DNA from: Candidatus Iainarchaeum sp.
GTDB taxonomy: Archaea; Iainarchaeota; Iainarchaeia; Iainarchaeales; VGJJ01
Length of the DNA: 32,000 nucleotides
Assembly: GCA_030688545.1 (NCBI GenBank)
Contig: JAUYHT010000002.1
Coordinates: 120,001 to 152,000 of the forward strand
Direction: 5' to 3'
Shown: positions 23,866 through 31,996 of the stretch, in pieces
How positions within the stretch are numbered: position 1 is the stretch's first letter
How the letters are laid out: every line of letters begins with the position of its first letter
The notes under the pieces: generated by a model
What the model was told of the DNA's origin: nothing
The model's input: the letters and a program-made list of their open reading frames with translations, nothing else
Database searches by the model: none
Program-made: the position numbers and the translations under genes

Positions 23866-23956
23866 CCAACCTTTTAGGAAAAGGTTGGCGAAAAGGCGTC
23901 TGGGGTACTGCAGTGGCAGTACCCCTAAGAGCGGGATCGAGGAACAAGACCTCGAT
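23866..23956. repeat. Three perfect hairpins in the tRNA-Leu 3' trailer: CCAACCTTTT-agg-AAAAGGTTGG (23866-23888), GGGGTACTGC-agtg-GCAGTACCCC (23902-23925), ATCGAGG-aacaaga-CCTCGAT (23936-23956)
   Basis: Read directly. The first is near-identical to the palindrome at 19739-19761. Confidence 0.6.
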
Positions 23957-24039
23957 GCACGGGAGAGGATTCGAACCTCTGAAGGCACTAAGCCACCAGA
24001 TCTTGAGTCTGGCCCCTTTGACCGCTTGGGTACCCGTGC
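23956..24039 (-). tRNA. tRNA-Leu (anticodon CAA), class II
   Basis: The minus strand reads GCACGGG-TA-CCCAAGCGGTCAAAGGGG-CCAGA-CTCAAGA-TCTGG-(variable arm)-AGAGG-TTCGAAT-CCTCT-CCCGTGC-A. No encoded CCA. Confidence 0.9.
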
Positions 24040-24126
24040 AACTGTATTTTCATGATGGGTCCATGGGGGTTACATACCCTTGGTACCCTTCACCATTCAA
24101 GATCGGGGAAGGGTTAAAAAGAATGG

Positions 24127-24291
24127 TCAGGGGAGGCCCAGGGCATTCCGAGCCAGGAGGAGGGCAAGGGCAAATACGAGGATGGTTCCTAGGGCGAGGT
24201 GGATGGTTTGTTGGGGGGTTATCCAGGGACGCATCCAGGGCATGCGAATGGGAAACGAAAGGGGATTATAATCCTCACGGGGAATGGGCAT
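24127..24291 (-). CDS. Possible small C-terminally anchored membrane peptide
   Basis: MPIPREDYNPLSFPIRMPWMRPWITPQQTIHLALGTILVFALALLLARNALGLP. It has a hydrophobic C-terminus and a T-run after the stop, but it overlaps the hydrolase 3' end and no family was recognised. Confidence 0.25.
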   Translation of the reverse strand: MPIPREDYNPLSFPIRMPWMRPWITPQQTIHLALGTILVFALALLLARNALGLP

Positions 24292-25021
24292 CCAACCAAT
24301 CCAGGAGATCATCCGCTAACGAGGGGTGGCGGATCAGCATATCCGTGCCATGACCAGATTCCTGGAGCAGGAGGAGTTGTTTGTCGTCGAGGGGGAGAGA
24401 TGGGAAAATAGTCTGCGCGGATTGGGAGGAATAGGGGTCGTCCTTGCTGGCGACAATTAAAACGGGGACTTGTATTCGGGATATGTTTTCCTGAACATCA
24501 ATGCCCTTGTAGCTCATTCCGGGAGAGAGGAGGATGATTCCCTGGAACGAGGCATCCCTGGAGGCCGCATTCAACGCGGCGTTGGCCCCAATGCTGGCGC
24601 CTATGAGAAAAGCGTTTTCAGTTGGAATTAATTGTTTGGATTCCAAAATGTCCTTTTCAATTTTCTGGAACTCCGAATCAGGAAATTGGATATAGGAAAG
24701 AGCTTCCTTGTTTCCGTCCTGGATGCGCGAATCGCCGTGGCCGCGCACGTCGAGTGAAATAATGGAATAACCCCGCGCAAAGGCTTTCTCAGCAAACCCA
24801 TCAAAGGAGTGGTGGTCTTTCCCGAATTGATGGATGAGTATGAGGGTGGGCTTTTCGAGTGCGGGATGACGCCAGCGCGTCCCCACGATCTCGACCCCAT
24901 CCTGGGTTTTGTATGAAATACGTTCGCCTGACATTAAAATTCCTCCCGGCACGGGAGAAGGGGCCGTGCACCCACTTAGAATGAATAGTATAATCATCAA
25001 TCCAATGAAATGGAAACGCAT
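24275..25021 (-). CDS. Alpha/beta-hydrolase-fold lipoprotein
   Basis: Lipobox-like ILSGC after a signal peptide. Nucleophile elbow GASIGAN, HQFGKDH, and acid/His region ESGHGTD. Confidence 0.85.
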   Translation of the reverse strand: MRFHFIGLMIILFILSGCTAPSPVPGGILMSGERISYKTQDGVEIVGTRWRHPALEKPTLILIHQFGKDHHSFDGFAEKAFARGYSIISLDVRGHGDSRIQDGNKEALSYIQFPDSEFQKIEKDILESKQLIPTENAFLIGASIGANAALNAASRDASFQGIILLSPGMSYKGIDVQENISRIQVPVLIVASKDDPYSSQSAQTIFPSLPLDDKQLLLLQESGHGTDMLIRHPSLADDLLDWLDAHSP

Positions 25022-25029
25022 AACAAGCC

Positions 25030-25380
25030 TTAGTGCAGTAGGGGGATGGGTTGAGGCATGCGGGCATTATATGCCAGCAACCCCCCGCGGAAATTGTAAA
25101 CCTGTTGATAGCCCCGCTCGCGCAGGAATAGGGTGGCCCGCAGGCTTCGTGCCCCCGAGCGACAGATGAGAATCATCTTCTGAGACTTTGGAAACGCGTC
25201 GAACGTGGAGGGAGTAATAGTGGACATGGATATGAGTTGGGCCTGGGGAAGGTGGCCAGAGTCCCATTCCTCTTTTTCGCGCACGTCAATCCAAACCCAT
25301 TCCTTGTCAGGGACGTAGGAGAGGGCTTCGGCCGCGTCCATCTCAAAGGGGAGTGCCATAGGAAGTATTCCGTATAACAT
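25030..25380 (-). CDS. Rhodanese-domain sulfurtransferase
   Basis: Active-site loop ICRSGARS and IDVREKEEWDSGHLPQA. There is an 8-nt gap to the downstream hydrolase gene. Confidence 0.85.
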   Translation of the reverse strand: MLYGILPMALPFEMDAAEALSYVPDKEWVWIDVREKEEWDSGHLPQAQLISMSTITPSTFDAFPKSQKMILICRSGARSLRATLFLRERGYQQVYNFRGGLLAYNARMPQPIPLLH

Positions 25381-25412
25381 GGTTTTAATGGTTGACCTGG
25401 GTGGAGAAGTAT

Positions 25413-26099
25413 ATGGCTCCTCTTACGACCGATGCCGTGCTGGGAATGAATGTCCAAAGGAAGGCGCAATGGAAAACAATTTTTCGTATCCTGAGGAAAA
25501 ATTATCCTAATCTCAAAATAGGATTGACCCAATGGAAGAATCCATTCGAGCTTACCATATCCACCATCCTCTCCGCGCAATGCACGGATGCTCGAGTCAA
25601 TTTGGTTACTAAATCGCTGTTTAAAAAATACAGGAAGCCCACTGATTATCTCAAGGTGGCCCCCGAAGAATTAGAGTTGGATATCCGATCCACGGGATTC
25701 TACAAAAACAAGACTAAAAACATCCGGGGGTTATGCACGCGTCTCATTTCCCATTATGGAGGGAATATACCCGAGCGCATGGAGGAATTGATCACCCTTC
25801 CCGGAGTGGGAAGGAAAACGGCCAACATCGTGCTATTTGCGGGGTTCAATAAGAAAGAGGGGATTGCCGTGGACACGCATGTGTTCAGGGTATCCAAACG
25901 ATTGGGTCTCGCGGAAGGAAAAACCCCGGAGAAAGTGGAGCGTCAGCTCATGGAGATTGTTGATAAAAAGGATTGGGGAAATCTCACCAACTATCTAATT
26001 GGACATGGGAGAAAAATCTGCGTGGCGCAGAAACCGCGGTGTAGTATTTGCCCATTGACAAAAATATGCCCCCGGGTGGGAGTAACCAAATGGGCCTAG
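25413..26099 (+). CDS. nth: Endonuclease III (DNA glycosylase/AP lyase)
   Basis: HhH-GPD motif LPGVGRKTANIVL...AVDTHV and the C-x6-C-x2-C-x5-C cluster CVAQKPRCSICPLTKIC. ATG 25413 is preferred over the TTG at 25392. Confidence 0.93.
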   Translation: MAPLTTDAVLGMNVQRKAQWKTIFRILRKNYPNLKIGLTQWKNPFELTISTILSAQCTDARVNLVTKSLFKKYRKPTDYLKVAPEELELDIRSTGFYKNKTKNIRGLCTRLISHYGGNIPERMEELITLPGVGRKTANIVLFAGFNKKEGIAVDTHVFRVSKRLGLAEGKTPEKVERQLMEIVDKKDWGNLTNYLIGHGRKICVAQKPRCSICPLTKICPRVGVTKWA

Positions 26100-26131
26100 C
26101 ATAAAAGAGGTTTGGGACGCAAGAATAATGT

Positions 26132-26638
26132 ATGGAAGGATGGACCCTCATCCCGGATGCGGGGGCAATGGAAGAGAGGCTCGAGGGGTTGGGAGCCACC
26201 ATTGTCCAAGAATATGCGCGGGAGGACCGGTATCATTTTCTTCCGGGGCACACGAGCCTCGAAAAGGGATATATTCGAATCCGGGGACCTGAAAATGAAG
26301 GAGGTTTATTCCTCATCCAGAAAATGGTTCGCATGAAAGGAAAATGGGTGGAAGCCTACCGGAGCCACCACCCCCATTTTGGGGCCGCCAAACGAAAAAC
26401 CATGGGTCACTGGCAAGCATGCCTATTGGTACGGAGGGGAAAGGCGTTTCTCCTGGGAGAAGCGCATATTCGGGTGGAACACATTGAGGGGTATGGGGAT
26501 GTGGTCGCCATTAAAGCAGATAATGACCCCGCCTTCCAGGACATCATTTCCCGCCTCGCCCTCCTTGAAATGGCCGATACACGAGACAAGGACATCGCCC
26601 TGGATTTCCTGATCCAAAAAAACGCCAAGCCTCTTTAA
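26132..26638 (+). CDS. CYTH-like (class IV adenylyl cyclase / triphosphatase fold) protein, apparently degenerate
   Basis: LEGLGATIVQEYAREDRYH, GYIRIRG and RRGKAFLLGEAHIRVEHIEGYGDVVAIKA parallel the CYTH strand order. The N-terminal ExExK motif is absent, and an in-frame TAA at 26126-26128 prevents N-terminal extension. Confidence 0.45.
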   Translation: MEGWTLIPDAGAMEERLEGLGATIVQEYAREDRYHFLPGHTSLEKGYIRIRGPENEGGLFLIQKMVRMKGKWVEAYRSHHPHFGAAKRKTMGHWQACLLVRRGKAFLLGEAHIRVEHIEGYGDVVAIKADNDPAFQDIISRLALLEMADTRDKDIALDFLIQKNAKPL

Positions 26639-26660
26639 CTCCTAAATCAGACCATCCTCC

Positions 26661-28376
26661 ATGAGTAACAAGGAGATCGCCAACCTTCTCAATGAGATGG
26701 CCGACCTCATGGAAATTTTGGGGATTGAATGGAAACCCCAAGCCTACCGAAAGGCCGCGCGCGTTATCGAGGCGGATCCTGAGCCGGTTGAATTCTTGTT
26801 CAAGGAAAAGGGGGAGAAAGCCCTCCTTGAATTAGAAGGCGTGGGGAAAGGGATCGCCCACAAGATTGGCCAATTTCTCTCTAAAGGAAAAGTGGACGAA
26901 TACGAGGACCTCAAGCATCGCATCCCACGGGGGCTGGTGGAACTATTGAATGTCCCCGGGTTGGGTCCCAAGAAAGCGGCGCGATTGTATCACGAACTGA
27001 AAATTACCTCTCTCGCCCAACTGGAACAGGCCGCGCGCTCTGGGAAGATACGGAAACTCCCCGGGTTCAAGGAGAAGAGTGAGGAAGATATCCTCATGGG
27101 ATTGGAATTGATAAAAAAGGGGACTGAACGAAAATTGCTGGGGATTATTCTTCCCCACGCACGCGCCCTTGAGGAAACCATTTCCAAAATGGATGGAGTT
27201 GTGGCGGTCGTTATCGCGGGAAGCCTGCGGCGACGCCGGGAAACCGTGAAGGACATCGACTTACTTGTTTTCACCAAAAAGGAGCAAGAGGTAGCCAAAG
27301 CATTGGAAGGATTAGAGGCGTTGGACACCATTGAACGCCAAGGAACCAGCTTGGTGAGCGGACGGCTCAAGATAGGATTGAACGTGGACATGCGGATCCT
27401 CCCCCCGCACCTGATGGGATCGGGAATGGTGCACTTCACGGGAAGCAAGGCGCATGGGATCGCCCTCCGAAATCGTGCCATCAAGATGGGAATGAAGTTT
27501 TCAGAATACGGATTGATGAAGGGGAAAAAAATAGTAGCAAGCCAAAAAGAAGAAGAGGTGTATCGCGCGCTCCAATTGGAGTATATCCCCCCCGAGATGA
27601 GAGAGAACGAGGGAGAAATAGACATGGCGGCGCAAGGAAAATTGCCCACTCTCATAGGATATGGGGATCTCAAGGGGGATTTGCATACGCACACAAACTG
27701 GAGTGATGGGGTCCATTCCACGGAACAGATGGTGCAACGGGCGATCGCCATAGGCCACGAATACTATGCCATCACCGACCACTCCTACTCGGATACGGTG
27801 GCCAATGGGCTGGACGAAAAAAGATTGAAACACCACATCAAAGAAATCCATGCTCTGCAAACAAAATACCCCCAAATCCACCTCCTCACGGGAAGCGAAG
27901 TGCATATCGATAATGCCGGAAAACTGGACTACTCCCAAAAAATGCTCAAGGAATTGGACATCGTTATAGCTTCCGTGCACTCGAGCTTCAAGATGGACCC
28001 CAAACAGATGACGAAACGATTAATGAATGCCCTAACGAATGAATATGTCACCTTCATCGCCCATCCCACAGGAAGGCTGATCAACCAGCGCAACCCCTAT
28101 TCCTTCGACCTTGATAGAGTGCTGGAGGCGGCCAAGGAAAATGGAAAGGCGATGGAGATTAATTCCTTCCCCTCGCGATTGGATTTCGACTACACCCATA
28201 TCAGGGAATGCGTTAAGCGCGGGGTGAAATTGGTGATCAATTCGGACGCGCACTCCGTCCTCCACCTGGATAATCTTGAATATGGAATCGCTCAAGCCCG
28301 AAGAGGCTGGGCGGAGAAGAAAGACGTGCTGAATGCGCTGACTTGTAAGAAGTTTGAGAAGGCGATTGGGAGATGA
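26661..28376 (+). CDS. polX: DNA polymerase X family protein with C-terminal PHP domain
   Basis: HhH motifs (GVGKGIAHKI, VPGLGPKKAARL), Pol-beta nucleotidyltransferase core AGSLRRRRETVKDIDLLV, and PHP motifs DLHTHTNWSDG, ITDHS and NSDAH. Confidence 0.93.
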   Translation: MSNKEIANLLNEMADLMEILGIEWKPQAYRKAARVIEADPEPVEFLFKEKGEKALLELEGVGKGIAHKIGQFLSKGKVDEYEDLKHRIPRGLVELLNVPGLGPKKAARLYHELKITSLAQLEQAARSGKIRKLPGFKEKSEEDILMGLELIKKGTERKLLGIILPHARALEETISKMDGVVAVVIAGSLRRRRETVKDIDLLVFTKKEQEVAKALEGLEALDTIERQGTSLVSGRLKIGLNVDMRILPPHLMGSGMVHFTGSKAHGIALRNRAIKMGMKFSEYGLMKGKKIVASQKEEEVYRALQLEYIPPEMRENEGEIDMAAQGKLPTLIGYGDLKGDLHTHTNWSDGVHSTEQMVQRAIAIGHEYYAITDHSYSDTVANGLDEKRLKHHIKEIHALQTKYPQIHLLTGSEVHIDNAGKLDYSQKMLKELDIVIASVHSSFKMDPKQMTKRLMNALTNEYVTFIAHPTGRLINQRNPYSFDLDRVLEAAKENGKAMEINSFPSRLDFDYTHIRECVKRGVKLVINSDAHSVLHLDNLEYGIAQARRGWAEKKDVLNALTCKKFEKAIGR

Positions 28377-28398
28377 ATTTTCTGGAAAAAAAATATTT

Positions 28399-29130
28399 TT
28401 AGCTCGTAAGACAAATTCGCTCGCAAACACCTGAGGTTGAGTAGTTAATAGGACATTGCTCAGAGGAGGTATAAGGAAAGGCCACAGGTGAACAGCCGTT
28501 AACCCCAACGTAGAAATCGTTGACACCATCATCTCCAAATTGTCCACCATGATTTGTCGGAATGACCATAAGTGCGTTTATTCCTGTGATGTAGCACTGT
28601 ACCCCCAAACCAACTGCAGGCCCTGTTGGACAGGGAGGAGGGACATCATTCGGAGGCAATTTATCTCGCCCTTGTTCATCTTGGCATTTTGTATTGTACC
28701 AATCTGGTGTTGGGGCTGGATTTTGAGTCCAAGCTGTCTGATATCCAGTCACCCAAGTACACTTTGTCGAATACGTACCCGCTCCACCCCCGCCTTGTCC
28801 CGAAAAATCCGTCGAGTCCAAGCCGTCCAACGTGTCGGCATTGATCCCCGAATATTGGTTCGGAAGCGATTCGCTCGCGGCATTCATGGCTTCGACGAAA
28901 TGCGTGCCGTCCCCTTTGGGATCGAAAGATAAGGCGAACTGTTCCCACATGATCTGTAGAACTTCGTGGGATACGAGGGGGGTTCCGGTATGACTGGCAT
29001 AAGTAACTCCTACTCCCAGTCCAATGGCAAAAATAAGCGCTACCATGAGAAACGGCTTCTTGGACATGAAACCCTTTACACCCGAATCGGGTTTTCTGTT
29101 GGATTTCAATCCCCATTTACCCATCATCAT
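28399..29130 (-). CDS. Secreted Cys-rich hypothetical protein with a tail-fibre-like ADTLDGLDSTDF motif and a Gly run
   Basis: Signal/anchor segment KKPFLMVALIFAIGLGVGVTYA|SH. NADTLDGLDSTDFSGQGGGGAG. Cys-rich C-terminal half. The start is either ATG 29130 (MMM) or 29067 (MSKKPF). Confidence 0.65.
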   Translation of the reverse strand: MMMGKWGLKSNRKPDSGVKGFMSKKPFLMVALIFAIGLGVGVTYASHTGTPLVSHEVLQIMWEQFALSFDPKGDGTHFVEAMNAASESLPNQYSGINADTLDGLDSTDFSGQGGGGAGTYSTKCTWVTGYQTAWTQNPAPTPDWYNTKCQDEQGRDKLPPNDVPPPCPTGPAVGLGVQCYITGINALMVIPTNHGGQFGDDGVNDFYVGVNGCSPVAFPYTSSEQCPINYSTSGVCERICLTS

Positions 29131-29153
29131 CGCCCAGGGAATTCATTCCACCC

Positions 29154-29792
29154 TTAAATATCTTTCTCCTTTCCCGCCTGCGCCTTGGGAAACACCCTTC
29201 CTTTTGCCCAAGAGAGGGGGATAATCCCGTATTCCTTTGAATCTCTGCTCTCGTTGGGATTGTCCCCTCGGACTAAAATATACCCAGGAGGAATGTTATA
29301 TCCTTGGTATTTGAGCTGGACCTGCAATGCATGAAATTGGTTCCTTTCCTTTCGATAGATCCGATCGCCTATTCGGAGAGTGTCATCCGAGAATTCCACC
29401 ATCTCTCCAGGGACCCCCATTACCCTTTTTACCAACTGGATGCGATTCCCAAAAGCGTTCACATACACTAATCCAACCACCTGATCAGGGAGGATGAGAT
29501 GATTCTCATAGTATCCATCCCAGAGCCATGCTTTATCCCCATCTTGAAAAGCGGGAAACATGGAATCTCCGACAATATTGATTTCGATACAATCCGGATT
29601 CGTCTCTTGACATGCGTTTTCCGCGCTGGCGACATAGGAGAATAGGGTGATTAGCACCAGGATAAGGATGAGGATTGAGATGAGGAATGCGGCGTAGAAG
29701 ATGGGCTTGGCCCAGCGGCGGAGATGATGCATTTTCTTCCCGTGAACATCCACGTCGAAGAACTCCCGCTCGTGCTTAGGACGGATGGGCAT
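29154..29792 (-). CDS. lepB: Signal peptidase I, bacterial (P-type, Ser/Lys) S26 family
   Basis: One N-terminal TM helix. Box B GDSMFPAF (Ser), box D LVKRVMGVPGE (Lys), box E RGDNPNESRDSKEYGIIP. Confidence 0.85.
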   Translation of the reverse strand: MPIRPKHEREFFDVDVHGKKMHHLRRWAKPIFYAAFLISILILILVLITLFSYVASAENACQETNPDCIEINIVGDSMFPAFQDGDKAWLWDGYYENHLILPDQVVGLVYVNAFGNRIQLVKRVMGVPGEMVEFSDDTLRIGDRIYRKERNQFHALQVQLKYQGYNIPPGYILVRGDNPNESRDSKEYGIIPLSWAKGRVFPKAQAGKEKDI

Positions 29793-29907
29793 GCTGGGTA
29801 AAAGACGGGAGAAAATATATGCTTTGCGAGAGGTATTTGGGAGGGCGTCTGGTATAAAAACTGGATTTCTCCCAATAGGTTATTACATCAGATGGGAGGA
29901 AGGGACG

Positions 29908-30237
29908 ATGGTGAAAGAGTTGGACACAAATCATTTCGAGACGGAGGTCGTTCAGAGCCCGATCCCGGTATTAGTGGATTTTTGGGCCGCGTGGTGCGGT
30001 CCCTGCAAGATGCTTTCCCCTATGCTCGAGGAAATGGAAAAGGATTTCAAGGGACGATTGATTTTTGCCAAACTTAACGTGGACGAAAACCAAGCCCTGG
30101 CGCAGGAATATGGAATCATGTCCATCCCCTGCCTCGTGATGATCCAAAAGGGAAAAGAAGTGGGACGCATTGTTGGATTAATGCCCAAGGCCGAAATGAA
30201 ACGGTTAATCGAAGACGAATTGAAGAAAGCTAAGTGA
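29908..30237 (+). CDS. trxA: Thioredoxin
   Basis: VLVDFWAAWCGPCKML active site, 109 aa. ATG 29908 is preceded by GGGAGGAAGGG. The track start at 29785 overlaps the lepB start region. Confidence 0.93.
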   Translation: MVKELDTNHFETEVVQSPIPVLVDFWAAWCGPCKMLSPMLEEMEKDFKGRLIFAKLNVDENQALAQEYGIMSIPCLVMIQKGKEVGRIVGLMPKAEMKRLIEDELKKAK

Positions 30238-30238
30238 T

Positions 30239-30910
30239 TTACGCCTCGAGATAGAAACCCTTTTTGGTCCGGCGGAGCTTCACAACCAATTTTTTCTTGG
30301 AAATAACCCTGGGGGATATGACCCACACCTTATGGGGGCCTTGCCGCGCTTCGTAGGCACGCCATGCTCCTACCACATACCGTTCGTTCAATGCGTCGGG
30401 GGAGAAAAAAAAAGTTTGGTCGGCCGAGAATAGATGTACCGCTTCCCGCAAGTCAAATTTTTTCTTTCCTCGAGCGATTTTCACCCTGGATTCTTGAGCG
30501 TGTTTGGCAGCCCACGCACGAATACGGGAGGAAATTCCTTTTTTGGATCGGGAGAATGTGGCATGAATACGCGCGGCCACACGGCGTTTCTTTTTCTTGA
30601 GCGAGTGGCGGGCTCGCGATGGGGCGTGGCGGAGGCGGTGGGCGAATAGGGAGGGGAAAGAGAGGATGCCCTCGCACATGGCCTTTAATACGCGTCCCAC
30701 GGAAGGGATGCGGCGCTCCTGCTGGTAGATGGAGAACAAGGTGGACCCGAAATAAAGAGCAAGGAGCGCGAGAAAAAACCGCACGAGAAAACCTACATCC
30801 CCGAAAGGGGACCAGACACCCAGAAAACCGAATGGCATGGGAAAGGAAACGAGGGGGAGAATTAAAGGCTGCCCTCGAAATGCGTCTAGTATGCTATTTC
30901 TATGGTTCAA
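30239..30910 (-). CDS. Hypothetical membrane protein with a highly basic central region
   Basis: Two N-terminal hydrophobic helices, an Arg/Lys-rich linker (LKKKKRRVAARIH) and an unrecognised C-terminal domain. The start is uncertain (TTG 30910 or ATG 30838). Confidence 0.5.
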   Translation of the reverse strand: MNHRNSILDAFRGQPLILPLVSFPMPFGFLGVWSPFGDVGFLVRFFLALLALYFGSTLFSIYQQERRIPSVGRVLKAMCEGILSFPSLFAHRLRHAPSRARHSLKKKKRRVAARIHATFSRSKKGISSRIRAWAAKHAQESRVKIARGKKKFDLREAVHLFSADQTFFFSPDALNERYVVGAWRAYEARQGPHKVWVISPRVISKKKLVVKLRRTKKGFYLEA

Positions 30911-30912
30911 GG

Positions 30913-30922
30913 AAATTTATAT
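30913..30922. promoter_or_regulatory. TATA-like AAATTTATAT in the divergent gap
   Basis: It lies about 50 nt upstream of ATG 30971, which has an AAGGTGGA SD. It could also serve the minus-strand gene. Confidence 0.35.
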
Positions 30923-30970
30923 GGTTCTACTTACAGAGGTTTAAGATTGGTTAAGCGGAAGGTGGAATAT

Positions 30971-31111
30971 ATGAGCCCAAAAAAGACTACCATCCAAAAA
31001 ACTGAAAATATCCAATTGAAACGGTTGGAGAAACTCGATTTCGATCTAATCCACCAATTCAAGGATTCACTCAATGATTTGAAGGAAGGGCGATTTAGGC
31101 GCCTCGCATGA
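30971..31111 (+). CDS. Unannotated-size 46-aa ORF (MSPKKTTIQKTENIQLKRLEKLDFDLIHQFKDSLNDLKEGRFRRLA)
   Basis: A strong SD (AAGGTGGA) lies 5-6 nt before the ATG, with a TATA-like box upstream. The C-terminal D-L-K-E-G-R-F motif parallels the 14073-14222 ORF. Confidence 0.45.
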   Translation: MSPKKTTIQKTENIQLKRLEKLDFDLIHQFKDSLNDLKEGRFRRLA

Positions 31112-31149
31112 GGATTATTTTGAGCCAAGCGGTTCAATAGAAATGATAA

Positions 31150-31896
31150 TTACCCATGTGCGCCGAACCAGGCGCCGATGAGATATCCCACGAGGGCGGC
31201 GAGGCCGCCGATGAGGGCCAATTCTAATCCCGACCGCCACCAGGGGACTTTGGTGAATTTTCCTTTCCACGCCCCCGCGAGGAATAGAACTAGCAGGGAG
31301 AAAAGCAATGATATTGGAACCGCCATTGACACCGGGAAAAAGAAAAAAGGGAATAGGGGGAAGATGGCCCCCACGTGCGCGGCGATCCCCACCAGGATGC
31401 CCGAACGCAAGGGGGATTGGCGCTCAGGAAAAATCTTCAATTCCTCCTGCATCATCGTATCGAGCCAGCGGGCGCGGTTGGCGGTGATTTTTGTCACGAT
31501 GTATTCCAGGTGTTTTCCAGTGAATCCTTTGGCGCGGTAGATGCTGCGGACTTCTGCTTTCTCCTCATCGGGAAAATGGTCTATTTCTTGCATCTCGCGA
31601 CGGCGTTCCTTGTCATAGTATTCCTGCGCGGCCTTGGAGGAGGTGTAGGCCACGGCCCCCATGGAGATGCCTTCAGCGAACATGGCGGCCAGCCCCGCAA
31701 TGATGACGAGGCGCGCATCCTGCGTGGCGGTGGCGACACCGAGGATTAAACCTAATGTATTCACTAACCCATCCTGACCCCCCAGGATGGCATCGCGCAA
31801 CCATTCCCCTTTCACGGAATCGTTATTCTCGATGGGGTGATGCGGTCGGCGACGAGGGAAACGTGAATGGCTCTTTTTCTTCCGGGAAACCCGCAT
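31150..31896 (-). CDS. VIT1/CCC1-family iron/manganese transporter
   Basis: RDAILGGQDGLVNTLGLILGVA, a central cytoplasmic helical/acidic domain, and C-terminal TM helices ending LIGGLAALVGYLIG. Confidence 0.88.
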   Translation of the reverse strand: MRVSRKKKSHSRFPRRRPHHPIENNDSVKGEWLRDAILGGQDGLVNTLGLILGVATATQDARLVIIAGLAAMFAEGISMGAVAYTSSKAAQEYYDKERRREMQEIDHFPDEEKAEVRSIYRAKGFTGKHLEYIVTKITANRARWLDTMMQEELKIFPERQSPLRSGILVGIAAHVGAIFPLFPFFFFPVSMAVPISLLFSLLVLFLAGAWKGKFTKVPWWRSGLELALIGGLAALVGYLIGAWFGAHG

Positions 31897-31927
31897 AGAT
31901 TTTCCAATGCGCGCGACTATTTAATGA

Positions 31928-31996
31928 ATGCCTCCCCGACCTAAAGGAGGGGCATCCTTCATCGAAAAACGCCAAATGCCCTAAGGGCGTTGTATC
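31928..31996. repeat. Two more copies of the CCCTRAAGG..(G/C)ATCC-type hairpin motif (ACCTAAAGGAGGGGCATCC 31939-31957; CCCTAAGGGCGTTGTATC 31979-31996)
   Basis: Read directly. Stems are CCTCC/GGAGG (31931-35/31946-50) and GCCC-taa-GGGC (31978-31988), or ACGCC/GGCGT as an alternative. The region lies upstream of the VIT1 gene and runs to the window edge. Confidence 0.5.

Noticed and set aside
23811-24353. 180-aa + strand ORF (and the nested 63- and 70-aa ORFs)
   Set aside because: It runs straight through tRNA-Leu and its hairpin trailer, has a low-complexity G/R/W-rich translation, and has no start signals.
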